This document shows positions 8,404 to 16,876 of a DNA stretch of 32,000 bases, in pieces. The stretch lies in assembly GCF_003945235.1 (NCBI RefSeq), contig NZ_RSDW01000001.1:5610001-5642000 (forward strand), in the 5' to 3' direction. The position numbers and the translations under genes were made by a program. Under the pieces are notes generated by a model. That model was given only the letters and a program-made list of their open reading frames with translations. It was not told the DNA's origin and searched no databases. The stretch comes from Edaphobacter aggregans. Lineage in GTDB: Bacteria; Acidobacteriota; Terriglobia; Terriglobales; Acidobacteriaceae. Position 1 is the stretch's first letter. Every line of letters starts with the position of its first letter.

Positions 8404-10434
8404 TCAGAGCAGGTCGATTCGCTGGAGGAGCTCTTGAAAACGATGGTCGGAGCGATAGCGATCAAAGATCGGATCAACGGCGAGGTAGTCCATCCAGACA
8501 GCACGATCGCGATACGCGGCTTGCAGCCATTTGAATGTGTCTTCATCGCTTTTCAACGCTGCGTAAATCTGAGCCAACCCGTAGGGCGAAACGTAACGCT
8601 TCCTCGAGATTGTCTCCAGTTCGTGTGCGATTCGGAGTGCTTCACGCCTCCGCCCTGCCGCTGCAAGGGCAACCCCGACCTGGGCCGTGTAAAGTGGGCT
8701 ACCCCCTGACAGACTCGCAGCCCGCTTTAGCTCACTAATGCCCTCGCTGCGCAAGCCTGCCTGAACATATCCCTCGCCCAGCAGAAGGTGTGCGGCTGCG
8801 AAGTTCGAGTCCTGCTCAACAGAGTTTCGACCTTGTTCGATTGCACGGGAATAGTCACGCGCCTGATAGTATCGCAGCGCCACCCATGTGCTGATCATGA
8901 GATTAAGTGGATCGAGTTCCTGTGCACGGCTGGCTTCGGCAAGCGCCTCGTCATGGCGGCTCTTAATGGAAAGATAGTCTCCGTGCCAGTGGTGCGCATT
9001 TGCATATTGAGGATCCAACTCCAGAGCACGCCTGAACTCGGCCTCGGCTCCGGCCCAATTCCAACTATGGCTGAACACAAGGCCCAGGGAGGCGTGGGCC
9101 TCAGCCGATTGTGGGTCGATCGCCACCGCCTTGCGGGCGGCCGCGTAAGCTTTCGGAAGCGCGTCGGCAGGGGATCTGAACCCGTGCCACGCAAGTCCGC
9201 TGTTACAGTCGGCCAGCCCGGAATATGCCGCGGCGTAGATTGGATCGCTGTCAATGGCCTGCTGAAAATAATGCTCCGCCTTTTGCAGGCCGTCGGCTGT
9301 TCGTTTGTTCCAGTGGTAGCGACCTTTCAAATACGCCTCGTATGCTTCAGGCCGTATTTGCTGCGGATTTGCTAAACGCGTTTTCTGTTCTTCTGTGAGA
9401 GCGACGTGTATTTGGCTCGCGATGCTTTGCACGACGGAGTCCTGCACAGCTAGCAGATCTTTGAGCTCGCGGTCGTAACTCTCGGTCCAGAGGTCTCTCT
9501 GATTTTTAGCCTCGACGAGTTGGACGGTGATGCGCACACGGTCCGACGAGCGGCGAACTGTGCCCTGGAGAAGATAGTCCGCGTCCAGCTCCTTACCGAT
9601 CTCTTTCGCGGCCAGATTGGTGCCTTTGTACTTTGCAACCGAGCTGCGGGTTACCACGGTGAGTCGATCCCGATTCAGCTTTCCGGTCTGGGCGATCATC
9701 TCTTCAGTCAGACCGTCACTGAAGAACTCCTGGTCGGGATCGCGACTCAAGTTTTCGAATGGCAGAACAGCAAGGACTATCTTGCCCTGGGAATGTGTGG
9801 GCGGGTTCGATGCTCGTCGCGAGCCCCAAACTACCAGGAATGACAGAAGGCACGCGATTGAGAGCAAAGCGGCTGCTCCAACGAAAAGCCACCTGTAGGA
9901 CTTGCGATTCCCCTGTCCGGTTCCGGCATCCGCCGTCTTTTCCGCCGTGGGATCCTGATCTGGCTCGACTAAACGCAGTCTTCGGGCTTGTAACCAGCTA
10001 TCGAGTTCCGACACGAAATCCCGGTCGCGGGTGGGAACACCCGCTGCCTCTGGTTCGGAAGCTGCGCTTGGTTCTTCGGGAGTAATAACCAGCGCGACGA
10101 AGCGATAGCCCTGTCCGGTCACGGTCTCTATGAACCGTGGGGTATCGGCGTCATCCTTCAAAACCTGGCGAAGTTTGCGGATCGCGCCTCGGATACTGTT
10201 GTCGGTATCCAGGAAAACACCCTGGCCCCAAACCCTGGAAGCAATTTGATCCCGGGTAACAATCTCGTCCCGGTGTTCAAGCAGCAGAAGAAGGATCTCG
10301 AACGGGATACGCTCAAGTTTGAGCACATGACTGCCATGGCGGAGCCTCCGAGGACGCAGGTCAACCTCGTAGCCCTCGCCGAACCGGATCGGTTGCTCCA
10401 CTCCAGCTGGCTCGGAAGCCATGGCACACCCCAT
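8404..10434 (-). CDS. membrane-anchored winged-helix (OmpR/CadC-type) transcriptional regulator with periplasmic TolB-N-like module and TPR repeats
   Basis: 676 aa. wHTH: LERIPFEILLLLLEHRDEIVTRDQIASRVWG...TVTGQGYRFVA. One TM: YRWLFVGAAALLSIACLLSFLVVW. Then IVLAVLPFENLSRDPDQEFFSDGLTEEM, followed by multiple TPR-like repeats. Confidence 0.9.
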   Translation of the reverse strand: MGCAMASEPAGVEQPIRFGEGYEVDLRPRRLRHGSHVLKLERIPFEILLLLLEHRDEIVTRDQIASRVWGQGVFLDTDNSIRGAIRKLRQVLKDDADTPRFIETVTGQGYRFVALVITPEEPSAASEPEAAGVPTRDRDFVSELDSWLQARRLRLVEPDQDPTAEKTADAGTGQGNRKSYRWLFVGAAALLSIACLLSFLVVWGSRRASNPPTHSQGKIVLAVLPFENLSRDPDQEFFSDGLTEEMIAQTGKLNRDRLTVVTRSSVAKYKGTNLAAKEIGKELDADYLLQGTVRRSSDRVRITVQLVEAKNQRDLWTESYDRELKDLLAVQDSVVQSIASQIHVALTEEQKTRLANPQQIRPEAYEAYLKGRYHWNKRTADGLQKAEHYFQQAIDSDPIYAAAYSGLADCNSGLAWHGFRSPADALPKAYAAARKAVAIDPQSAEAHASLGLVFSHSWNWAGAEAEFRRALELDPQYANAHHWHGDYLSIKSRHDEALAEASRAQELDPLNLMISTWVALRYYQARDYSRAIEQGRNSVEQDSNFAAAHLLLGEGYVQAGLRSEGISELKRAASLSGGSPLYTAQVGVALAAAGRRREALRIAHELETISRKRYVSPYGLAQIYAALKSDEDTFKWLQAAYRDRAVWMDYLAVDPIFDRYRSDHRFQELLQRIDLL

Positions 10435-10617
10435 GAAAGTTGAGCGATTTTACACCACATCGGTAGAGGCTGACGCAAGTGCAACCCACGCTTGTCTTTA
10501 GAGCGACACAAAGCATAACGCCGCGACACACTCTCCGATATGGACAACAGCCTCCGTTGGCCGCCAATATGCCGATCACCACTACCGAAAGCCAGTGAAG
10601 GATCAGGAGGAAGCACA

Positions 10618-11937
10618 ATGAAAAAGATACATGGCGACACAAAGAACCGGGTTCTCGGGCTATGCATGTTGATCGCGACTCTATTCGGGTCTGCCGTCGC
10701 GAAAGCAGATGTCGTATTGGACTGGAACGTGATCGCGGTGAACACAGCGGTCACGAACGGCCAGAACCCGTTCGCCCAAGCAAGATACGCGGCAATCGTA
10801 CAACTCGCTGTATTCGAATCCGTGAACGCCATCACGGGCGAGTATCGTCCCTATCTTGGAACGATCGTAGCACCGGCAGGCGCATGTCCCGAGGCTTCAG
10901 CCATCCAGGCTGCCTATCGTGTGCTCAGTACTTATTTCCCGGCCAGCGCGTCCACCCTCCTCACTGCTCGCGCAAACTCGCTGGCTTTGATACCGGACGG
11001 TCAAGCCAAGAGTGACGGCATAGCGACGGGCGACGCGGCAGCTCTTGCCATGATCGCTCTTCGTGCCAACGATGGCTCGTCGCCCGCGCAGTTCAAGATA
11101 CCCGGGCCGGCCGTTCCCGGCGAATATCAGGCTACGCCGAGTTGTCCATTCGTGAATGGAATCGCGGTCGGAATCCTCTTTCAATGGCAAAACCTAACCC
11201 CGTTCGGCATCCCGAGTGTCAGTGAGTTTCTCCTCGATCCGCCGCCAGCGCTTGACAGCAACCAATACGCGAAGACGTACAATGAAGTGAAGGCGGTAGG
11301 GAGCGCGAGCGCCAACAGCACAGAGCGGCCACAAGATCGGGCTGATGTCGTGCTCTACTACGCGGCCTCCTCGCCAACCCAGGTATTCAATCAGGCCGCA
11401 AGGCAGGTCGTCGCGGAAGAAGGGTGGCATTCGCTGTCCGAGAACGCACGGGCTTTTGCCCTGATCAACATGGCGCTCAGCGACGGCGCGGTCACTACAT
11501 TCTTCAACAAGTACCACTACAACTTTTGGCGTCCCGAAACCGCGATCCATGCAGGTGACACGGACGGCAACCGGAAAACCGACGCCGATCCGAACTGGGT
11601 TCCATTCATCCCGGCCCCATGTTTCCCGAGCTATCCCTCAGCCCACGGCACCTTATCCGGTGCGGGAGCCGAGGTTATGAGACGTCTTTACGGCGAAGCC
11701 GGACATGCGATCACGTTGTCAAACCCGGCAGTACCCACCATTGTGTTGCACTACGGATCATTCAGGCAGATTACCGACGACATCTCCGACGCTCGCGTTT
11801 ACGGCGGGATTCATTTTCGAACCGACCAGGATGCAGGTGCGCGTTTGGGCCGAGCTGTCGGCACAGCAATCTACAAGAACAACTTGCGTCCCAAGCACGG
11901 TAATGACCGGCATGATGACGTCTGGGATGATGATTGA
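10618..11937 (+). CDS. secreted PAP2-superfamily enzyme, vanadium-haloperoxidase/acid-phosphatase-like
   Basis: I moved the start to ATG 10618 (AGGAGGA 6 nt upstream; signal peptide MKKIHGDTKNRVLGLCMLIATLFGSAVAKA). PAP2 motifs: YNFWRPETAI, YPSAHG, ARVYGGIHFRTD. Confidence 0.8.
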   Translation: MKKIHGDTKNRVLGLCMLIATLFGSAVAKADVVLDWNVIAVNTAVTNGQNPFAQARYAAIVQLAVFESVNAITGEYRPYLGTIVAPAGACPEASAIQAAYRVLSTYFPASASTLLTARANSLALIPDGQAKSDGIATGDAAALAMIALRANDGSSPAQFKIPGPAVPGEYQATPSCPFVNGIAVGILFQWQNLTPFGIPSVSEFLLDPPPALDSNQYAKTYNEVKAVGSASANSTERPQDRADVVLYYAASSPTQVFNQAARQVVAEEGWHSLSENARAFALINMALSDGAVTTFFNKYHYNFWRPETAIHAGDTDGNRKTDADPNWVPFIPAPCFPSYPSAHGTLSGAGAEVMRRLYGEAGHAITLSNPAVPTIVLHYGSFRQITDDISDARVYGGIHFRTDQDAGARLGRAVGTAIYKNNLRPKHGNDRHDDVWDDD

Positions 11938-12338
11938 ATGATTAGAGAACGACTCACTGTTCGTCTCACGTGTGCGGTTAAGTTTTGCCCAAGGCGAGAC
12001 CGCACAAGTCTCTCCAGTAGTTGTGACCTTCTGAATGGCGTTAAGCCTCTGCTCCAAGGCCTTGACAAGGCCAAGCTTCCAGATTCTAGGCGAGCGATAA
12101 GTTGTCTCGAAGTTTGCTCTCGGTTGTCGATAACAAGGCTTAGCACTCAGCGAAGCCCGATATATTGGTTGCTTCTTCTGGGTTCGGGGTGGTCGACAAC
12201 TGGGGAACAACCCTGCCGAACGACGATCCGAATTCGGCGTCGAACTTCCTGCAAAACGGGTTACTGAGATGGTCCGCCGGTGGATCTTCCACGTGGGTGT
12301 GGGTGATCTTGTTGGCAGGTTCAAGGAGGATCATCGAT

Positions 12339-12563
12339 ATGCAGATACGTTCGGTTGGCATCGATCTGGGCAAGACGACGTTTCACCTCGTAGCCCTTGG
12401 CGACAACGGCAAAGTGCTTCTTAAGAAGAAGTTCACTCAGAAGCAGATCATCACCTTCACTGCGAACCTGCAGACCTCACTGATCGGTATGGAGGCGTGC
12501 TCAGATGAGCGTCGTGGAGCAGTGAAAGAGCGATCAAAAAATAGATACCGAGAAACGCTGTAG
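12339..12563 (+). pseudogene. IS110-family transposase, N-terminal stub
   Basis: AAGGAGGA at 12323..12330, then ATG 12339. MQIRSVGIDLGKTTFHLVALGDNGKVLLKKKFTQKQIITFTANLQTSLIGMEAC matches the DEDD N-terminal domain. Similarity ends near 12500 and the frame stops at 12563. Only about 55 of about 340 codons remain. Confidence 0.7.
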
Positions 12564-12777
12564 TGTTTACTGATTTTCAGTGGGTGACTTTCCACGTGGA
12601 CGAAAACTCGGCAAGTCGTACAGTTGCCGCGGCTCATCGTCCGACGGGTCTTGCTGATACCAGGGTTCCGGATAGCCGGTTTTACGGCAACTTGCCAGAG
12701 GCATAGCCGATCCGACCGGGTGAATGAGTGACTTGACCTGAAGTCGTCATGCGAGAACCCACACTCTGATTCATTCC

Positions 12778-12806
12778 TTGACAACCGATGGTCGAATGTC
12801 TACCAT
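12778..12806 (+). promoter_or_regulatory. sigma70-like promoter candidate for padR-1
   Basis: TTGACA (12778..12783), a 17-nt spacer, then TACCAT (12801..12806), about 30 nt upstream of the padR-1 ATG. Acidobacterial promoters are poorly defined. Confidence 0.25.
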
Positions 12807-12836
12807 CCTTGCCAAATCGAGGGTAGATTGTCTTCT

Positions 12837-13193
12837 ATGGCAAAGCAAGCACAGCAACGGGTCGGGCTCCTCCAGGGGACGCTCGACATGCTCATCTTGA
12901 AAACCCTTCTCTATGGGCCTGCTCACGGTCACCAGATCGGGAAGCATATTCAGAGGACCACGAATGAATTCCTACAGATGCAGCATGGCTCGCTCTATCC
13001 CGCGCTGCATCGCCTGGAAGAACGAGGATGGGTCTTCTCCAAGTGGGAGACTGCACCGGACCGAAATCGAGAATTTAAATATTACCGCTTGACTGATAAA
13101 GGCAGGAAGCAGCTCCTGGTTGAAGAATCGCAGTGGAAGCAGATGGCCGAAGCTGTAGGGCGCGTGATGTGGCCCGTCGCCGAGGAGGGCTGA
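12837..13193 (+). CDS. PadR-family transcriptional regulator (acidobacterial type), module 1
   Basis: LLQGTLDMLILKTLLYGPAHGHQIGKHI...GSLYPALHRLEERGWV...YYRLTDKGRKQL. Stop TGA 13191..13193 lies one nt before the permease ATG. TTG 12828 is an alternative start. Confidence 0.9.
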   Translation: MAKQAQQRVGLLQGTLDMLILKTLLYGPAHGHQIGKHIQRTTNEFLQMQHGSLYPALHRLEERGWVFSKWETAPDRNREFKYYRLTDKGRKQLLVEESQWKQMAEAVGRVMWPVAEEG

Positions 13194-13194
13194 C

Positions 13195-15809
13195 ATGCGA
13201 TGGTGGCAGATCAGGAAGAGAGACGCAGACCTGGAGCGGGAGCTGCGTTCCGATCTGGAATTAGAAGAAGAGGAGCAACGGGAAGGCGGCATTTCAGGAG
13301 AAGAGGCTCGCAACGCAGCCTTACGCGCCTTTGGCAATCCGGTTCTTATTCGTGAACAGACCCGCGCCATCTGGTCCTGGAACGGGCTTGAATCCCTCGC
13401 ACGCGATCTGCGCTTTATCCTGCGCACACTTCGTCGCACCCCCGGCTTTACCTTCATCGCCATCCTGGTGATGGCGCTGGGCATCGGCGCCAACGTCGCA
13501 TTGTTCACCGTGGTGCGTGGCGTTTTGCTCAAGCCATTGCCGTTCCATGATCCAGATCGTCTCGTGATGGTCTCCGAGGGCGCCTTTCGTGAAGACGACA
13601 CGGCCGGTTCCAACTTGGTCTCCGGCGGTATGTACGCCGATTGGAAAATGCAGAACCGCAGCTACACGAGTCTTGCGCTCGCGCAAGGCATCCGGGTCGG
13701 GCTCTCCGGTTCAAACGGGCAATTGCCGGAGAAACTGAATAGCGCGTTGTTTTCATGGGACATGCTCCGTACGCTGGGCGTGCAGCCCGCGCTTGGCCGC
13801 GATTTTATGCAGGCAGATGACAGCCGCGCAGCCAACGGCACGGTGTTGCTGAGCTGGGGCCTGTGGAAGCGTCGCTTTGGCGGTGATTCTGCCATCCTGA
13901 ACCAGACGATCCAGCTCGACGCGCAGCCGTACACCGTTATCGGGATTATGCCAGCCTGGTTCGATTTTCCTTCCCCGTCCACGCAGCTATGGACACCGGT
14001 GTACCACGACATGCCCGAGGAACAGATGACCTCGTGCAACCAGCACATGTTCCGCGTTGTGGGGCGGCTGAAGCCGGGAATCAGCGCGGCGCAAGGCGTG
14101 GCCGATCTGAGCATCATCTCCCAGCGCATCCACAATGAGCACCTCAACGACCCATTCGTATTTCAAAGCGCCAAGAGCCGTCCACTGACGGAGCACATGG
14201 TGGGAGAAATCAAGAAGCCCCTCTATGTGCTGCTGGAGGCGACCTGCTGCCTGCTGCTGATCGCCTGCCTCAATGTGGCCAATCTGCTGGTGGCGCGCGC
14301 GGCGGCGCGACGCAAAGAGCTGGCTATCCGCACCGCACTGGGCGGAGGCTGGCTGCGTCTGATGCGCGAGCGGCTGATGGAGTGCTTGCTGCTTTCGGCC
14401 GTCGGCGGCGCGCTGGGACTTTTGCTCGCTTTCACCGCGCTTCATTGGCTGACACGAACTCGCCACGACATGAGCCGAGTCGAATCCATCCATATCGACG
14501 GCATGGTAGCGGCGTTTACGGTCGGCGTTATCGCGCTGTGCGCGCTGTTTTCCGGACTCATCGCTACGTTCAGCAGCAGCGACAAGCGCATTCTCAGCGC
14601 GTTGCATGAGGCGTCGCTCTCGGTGAGCGGTGACAGTGCGCGGGCCACGCTGCGCAAGGTGCTGCTAACGCTCGAAGTGGCGCTGACGGTGATCTTGCTC
14701 GTTAGCGCCGGGCTGCTACTCAAGAGCTACGAACGGCTGCGCTCCGTCGACATGGGCTGTCTCACGCAAAAAGTGATCCCCATGCATCTGGGCCTCCCTG
14801 ATGCCCGCTATGCAACGCCCGCCCAGCGAGCCAACTTCTACGACGCGCTGCTCGAGCGTGTGCGTGCTCTGCCCGGAGTGGACGCGGCTGGCTTTGCGAC
14901 GTCTGTCCCTGGGCAGGGCTCTGGGGCAGATCGGACCTTCACCATCGTGGAGCATCCGCCCTTGCCGCAAGGCAGCGGTCTAACTGCCTTATACCGCTGG
15001 GCCGATCCGGAGTACTTCGGCTCCATGGGCGCATTCCGATCCTGCGCGGGCGCACCTTTGACGGCGGCAAGCGATTGGATCGTGCCAACGAAGCTGTTAT
15101 TAGCCAATCCTTCGCCAGCCAATATTTCCCCGGCGAAGATCCGCTGGACAAGCACCTCCGTGTACGCGGGCACGATGCCGTCATTGTTGGGATTGTGGGC
15201 GATACTCGCTACGCAATCGGCGAAACGCCGCGACCGGTGCAATATTTCCCGCTCGATGCCGGCGTCGAGACCGTCGGCACGGTTGTGATTCGCTCCAGCC
15301 ACGACCTGGAGCAGTTCGCTCTTCCGGTACAACGCATCGTCTCGGAGATGGACCCCGATCTGCCCGTCTCCGACATCCTCACGATGAATCAGTTACTGGG
15401 CAAATCAACCCTGAACCAGAGCTTCAACACGACACTGCTCGCCGCTTTCGCAACGTTGTCGCTGGTCCTTGCCGCGGTGGGCCTGTTCGGCGTGATGTCG
15501 TACATCGCTGCGCAGCGGACAAACGAAATCGGCATCCGCATCGCGCTGGGCGCAAAGCGTGAACAGGTGATGCGGAAGATGTTGCTGGATGGTATGCGGC
15601 CCGCGGTCTTCGGTCTTGTCGTGGGACTCGCAGCAAGCCTGGAAGCCGTCCGGCTGATGCGCGACCTGCTCTATGAGATCAAGCCGCTCGATCCGGCGGT
15701 TTTTGCCGCAGTTGCCGCAATGCTGCTCGCAGTGGCGGTATTCGCATGTATCGTTCCCGCGTGGCGTGCATCGCGCCTCGATCCGATACAAGCATTGAGA
15801 ACCGAATAG
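13195..15809 (+). pseudogene. ADOP-family duplicated MacB/FtsX-like permease, module 1, frameshifted
   Basis: Track ORFs 13195..15288 and 15075..15809 are the two parts. Frame 1 is good to ...RWADPEYFGSMG. Frame 3 continues IPILRGRTFDGGKRLDRANEAVISQSFA... to ...ASRLDPIQALRTE. An extra GC at 15031..15032 splits the canonical MGIPILRGR motif. GAGGAGGG SD upstream. Confidence 0.85.
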
Positions 15810-16465
15810 GGTAATATTCGCCAATCTCCGAGAGGTACTCTCAATTCCGCATAATCGCCAAGTTACTCGTTGACAGCGCGCATTTCACCAGGACGAATAT
15901 GTATGGTCCGCCGTCCGACTGCAAGGAAAAAGCTGAGGGCGAGAAGACAAGTCTGCGCAAATGTATTCGACCTTTGGTGGAGCACTGCGCTCCTGGCCAG
16001 GATGAGTTGCGCGCGTATCTGTCCTTATTAGTCGGTCGATTGTCGTCAACCAATTCGTCCAGCAGGTTTCCAGGCGCGCCGTTGTGACTGTTCTTTCGTC
16101 CTTACCGTTCTCATGCAGACTTCGGTGGGTAATTTACAATCGCGGTGTATTTGTTGCGCGGGAGCGTTGTGCTGCCTTCCTTCTGCTGGCCGTACGCCGT
16201 GCTGATCTGAACGAGTTGCGGCTTCGCGGCAATCGTTTTGGCTACATGCGCGTCCACCTTTGATTGATAGCAGTGTCGGGTCGATGCATTATGTGGAATC
16301 TGGGAAATATCAAGCCTTTCCTGCTGGCTCCCGGCAGCCGCGCCGACCGCGTGGGTCAGCAGGCCACACAGCGGACTGGCTTCGACCGGAATGTCAGGCC
16401 GGATTCCGATCTCATCTGAGGAGTTGCTATAAGCACGGTTTTGAATTGGGGCGCCGCCATGACGG

Positions 16466-16506
16466 GGGAGTAGACGCTCTACTCCCAATGCGAGTAGAGT
16501 GTCTAC
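16466..16506 (+). promoter_or_regulatory. two adjacent palindromes over the padR-2 start (candidate operator)
   Basis: GGGAGTAGA-cgc-TCTACTCCC (16466..16486, perfect 9-bp arms) and GTAGA-gtg-TCTAC (16494..16506). The existence is certain; the function is inferred. Confidence 0.35.
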
Positions 16507-16510
16507 ATCT

Positions 16511-16876
16511 ATGAACGAAAGAAGCCAATATAAGAACCGAATCGAGCTGCTGCAGGGAACACTCGACATGCTTATTCTTCAGACCCTGCAATGGGGACCG
16601 CAGCACGGATACGGAATTGTCCAGGCCTTACGTTTGCGATCCGGAGACGTGCTTCAGGTGGAGACCGGATCACTGTATCCGGCTCTCCATCGATTGGAGC
16701 GTCAGAGCTGGGTGCAGTCTGAGTGGAAGCAGTCAGAGAGCAAGCAAAAAGCCCGATATTACCGAATCACGGCCAAGGGGAAAAAGCAGTTGGCCTCGGA
16801 TCTGGGCCGATGGGAGCGGATTGTCGAAGCGATTGGGTCGGTGATGTACGTCAAGCCGGAGGAGAGTGAGTCATGA
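16511..16876 (+). CDS. PadR-family transcriptional regulator (acidobacterial type), module 2
   Basis: IELLQGTLDMLILQTLQWGPQHGYGIVQAL...GSLYPALHRLERQSWV...YYRITAKGKKQL. GTG 16499 is the alternative start. The stop overlaps the permease start as ATGA (16873..16876). Confidence 0.9.
   Translation: MNERSQYKNRIELLQGTLDMLILQTLQWGPQHGYGIVQALRLRSGDVLQVETGSLYPALHRLERQSWVQSEWKQSESKQKARYYRITAKGKKQLASDLGRWERIVEAIGSVMYVKPEESES

Noticed and set aside
10158-10835. 225-aa minus-strand ORF spanning the regulator start and the haloperoxidase start
   Set aside because: It overlaps two well-supported genes in other frames or strands.
11938-12338. Overlapping ORFs on both strands between the haloperoxidase gene and the IS110 stub
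   Set aside because: No frame gives a recognisable protein. The minus-strand frames contain stops between short plausible stretches. The region may be IS flank or a decayed gene, but the evidence is insufficient.
15025-15040. Programmed ribosomal frameshift in ADOP-1
   Set aside because: The shift is +2, caused by an extra GC inside ATGGGCGCATTCC. There is no slippery heptamer and no downstream structure. The paralogue ADOP-2 is a single uninterrupted frame.
16111-16569. 152-aa minus-strand ORF upstream of padR-2
   Set aside because: Its 5' part overlaps the padR-2 start and the palindromes. Only the last ~60 aa (KVDAHVAKTIAAKPQLVQISTAYGQQKEGSTTLPRNKYTAIVNYPPKSA) look protein-like, and I recognise no family. 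It is left uncalled; it may be another gene remnant.
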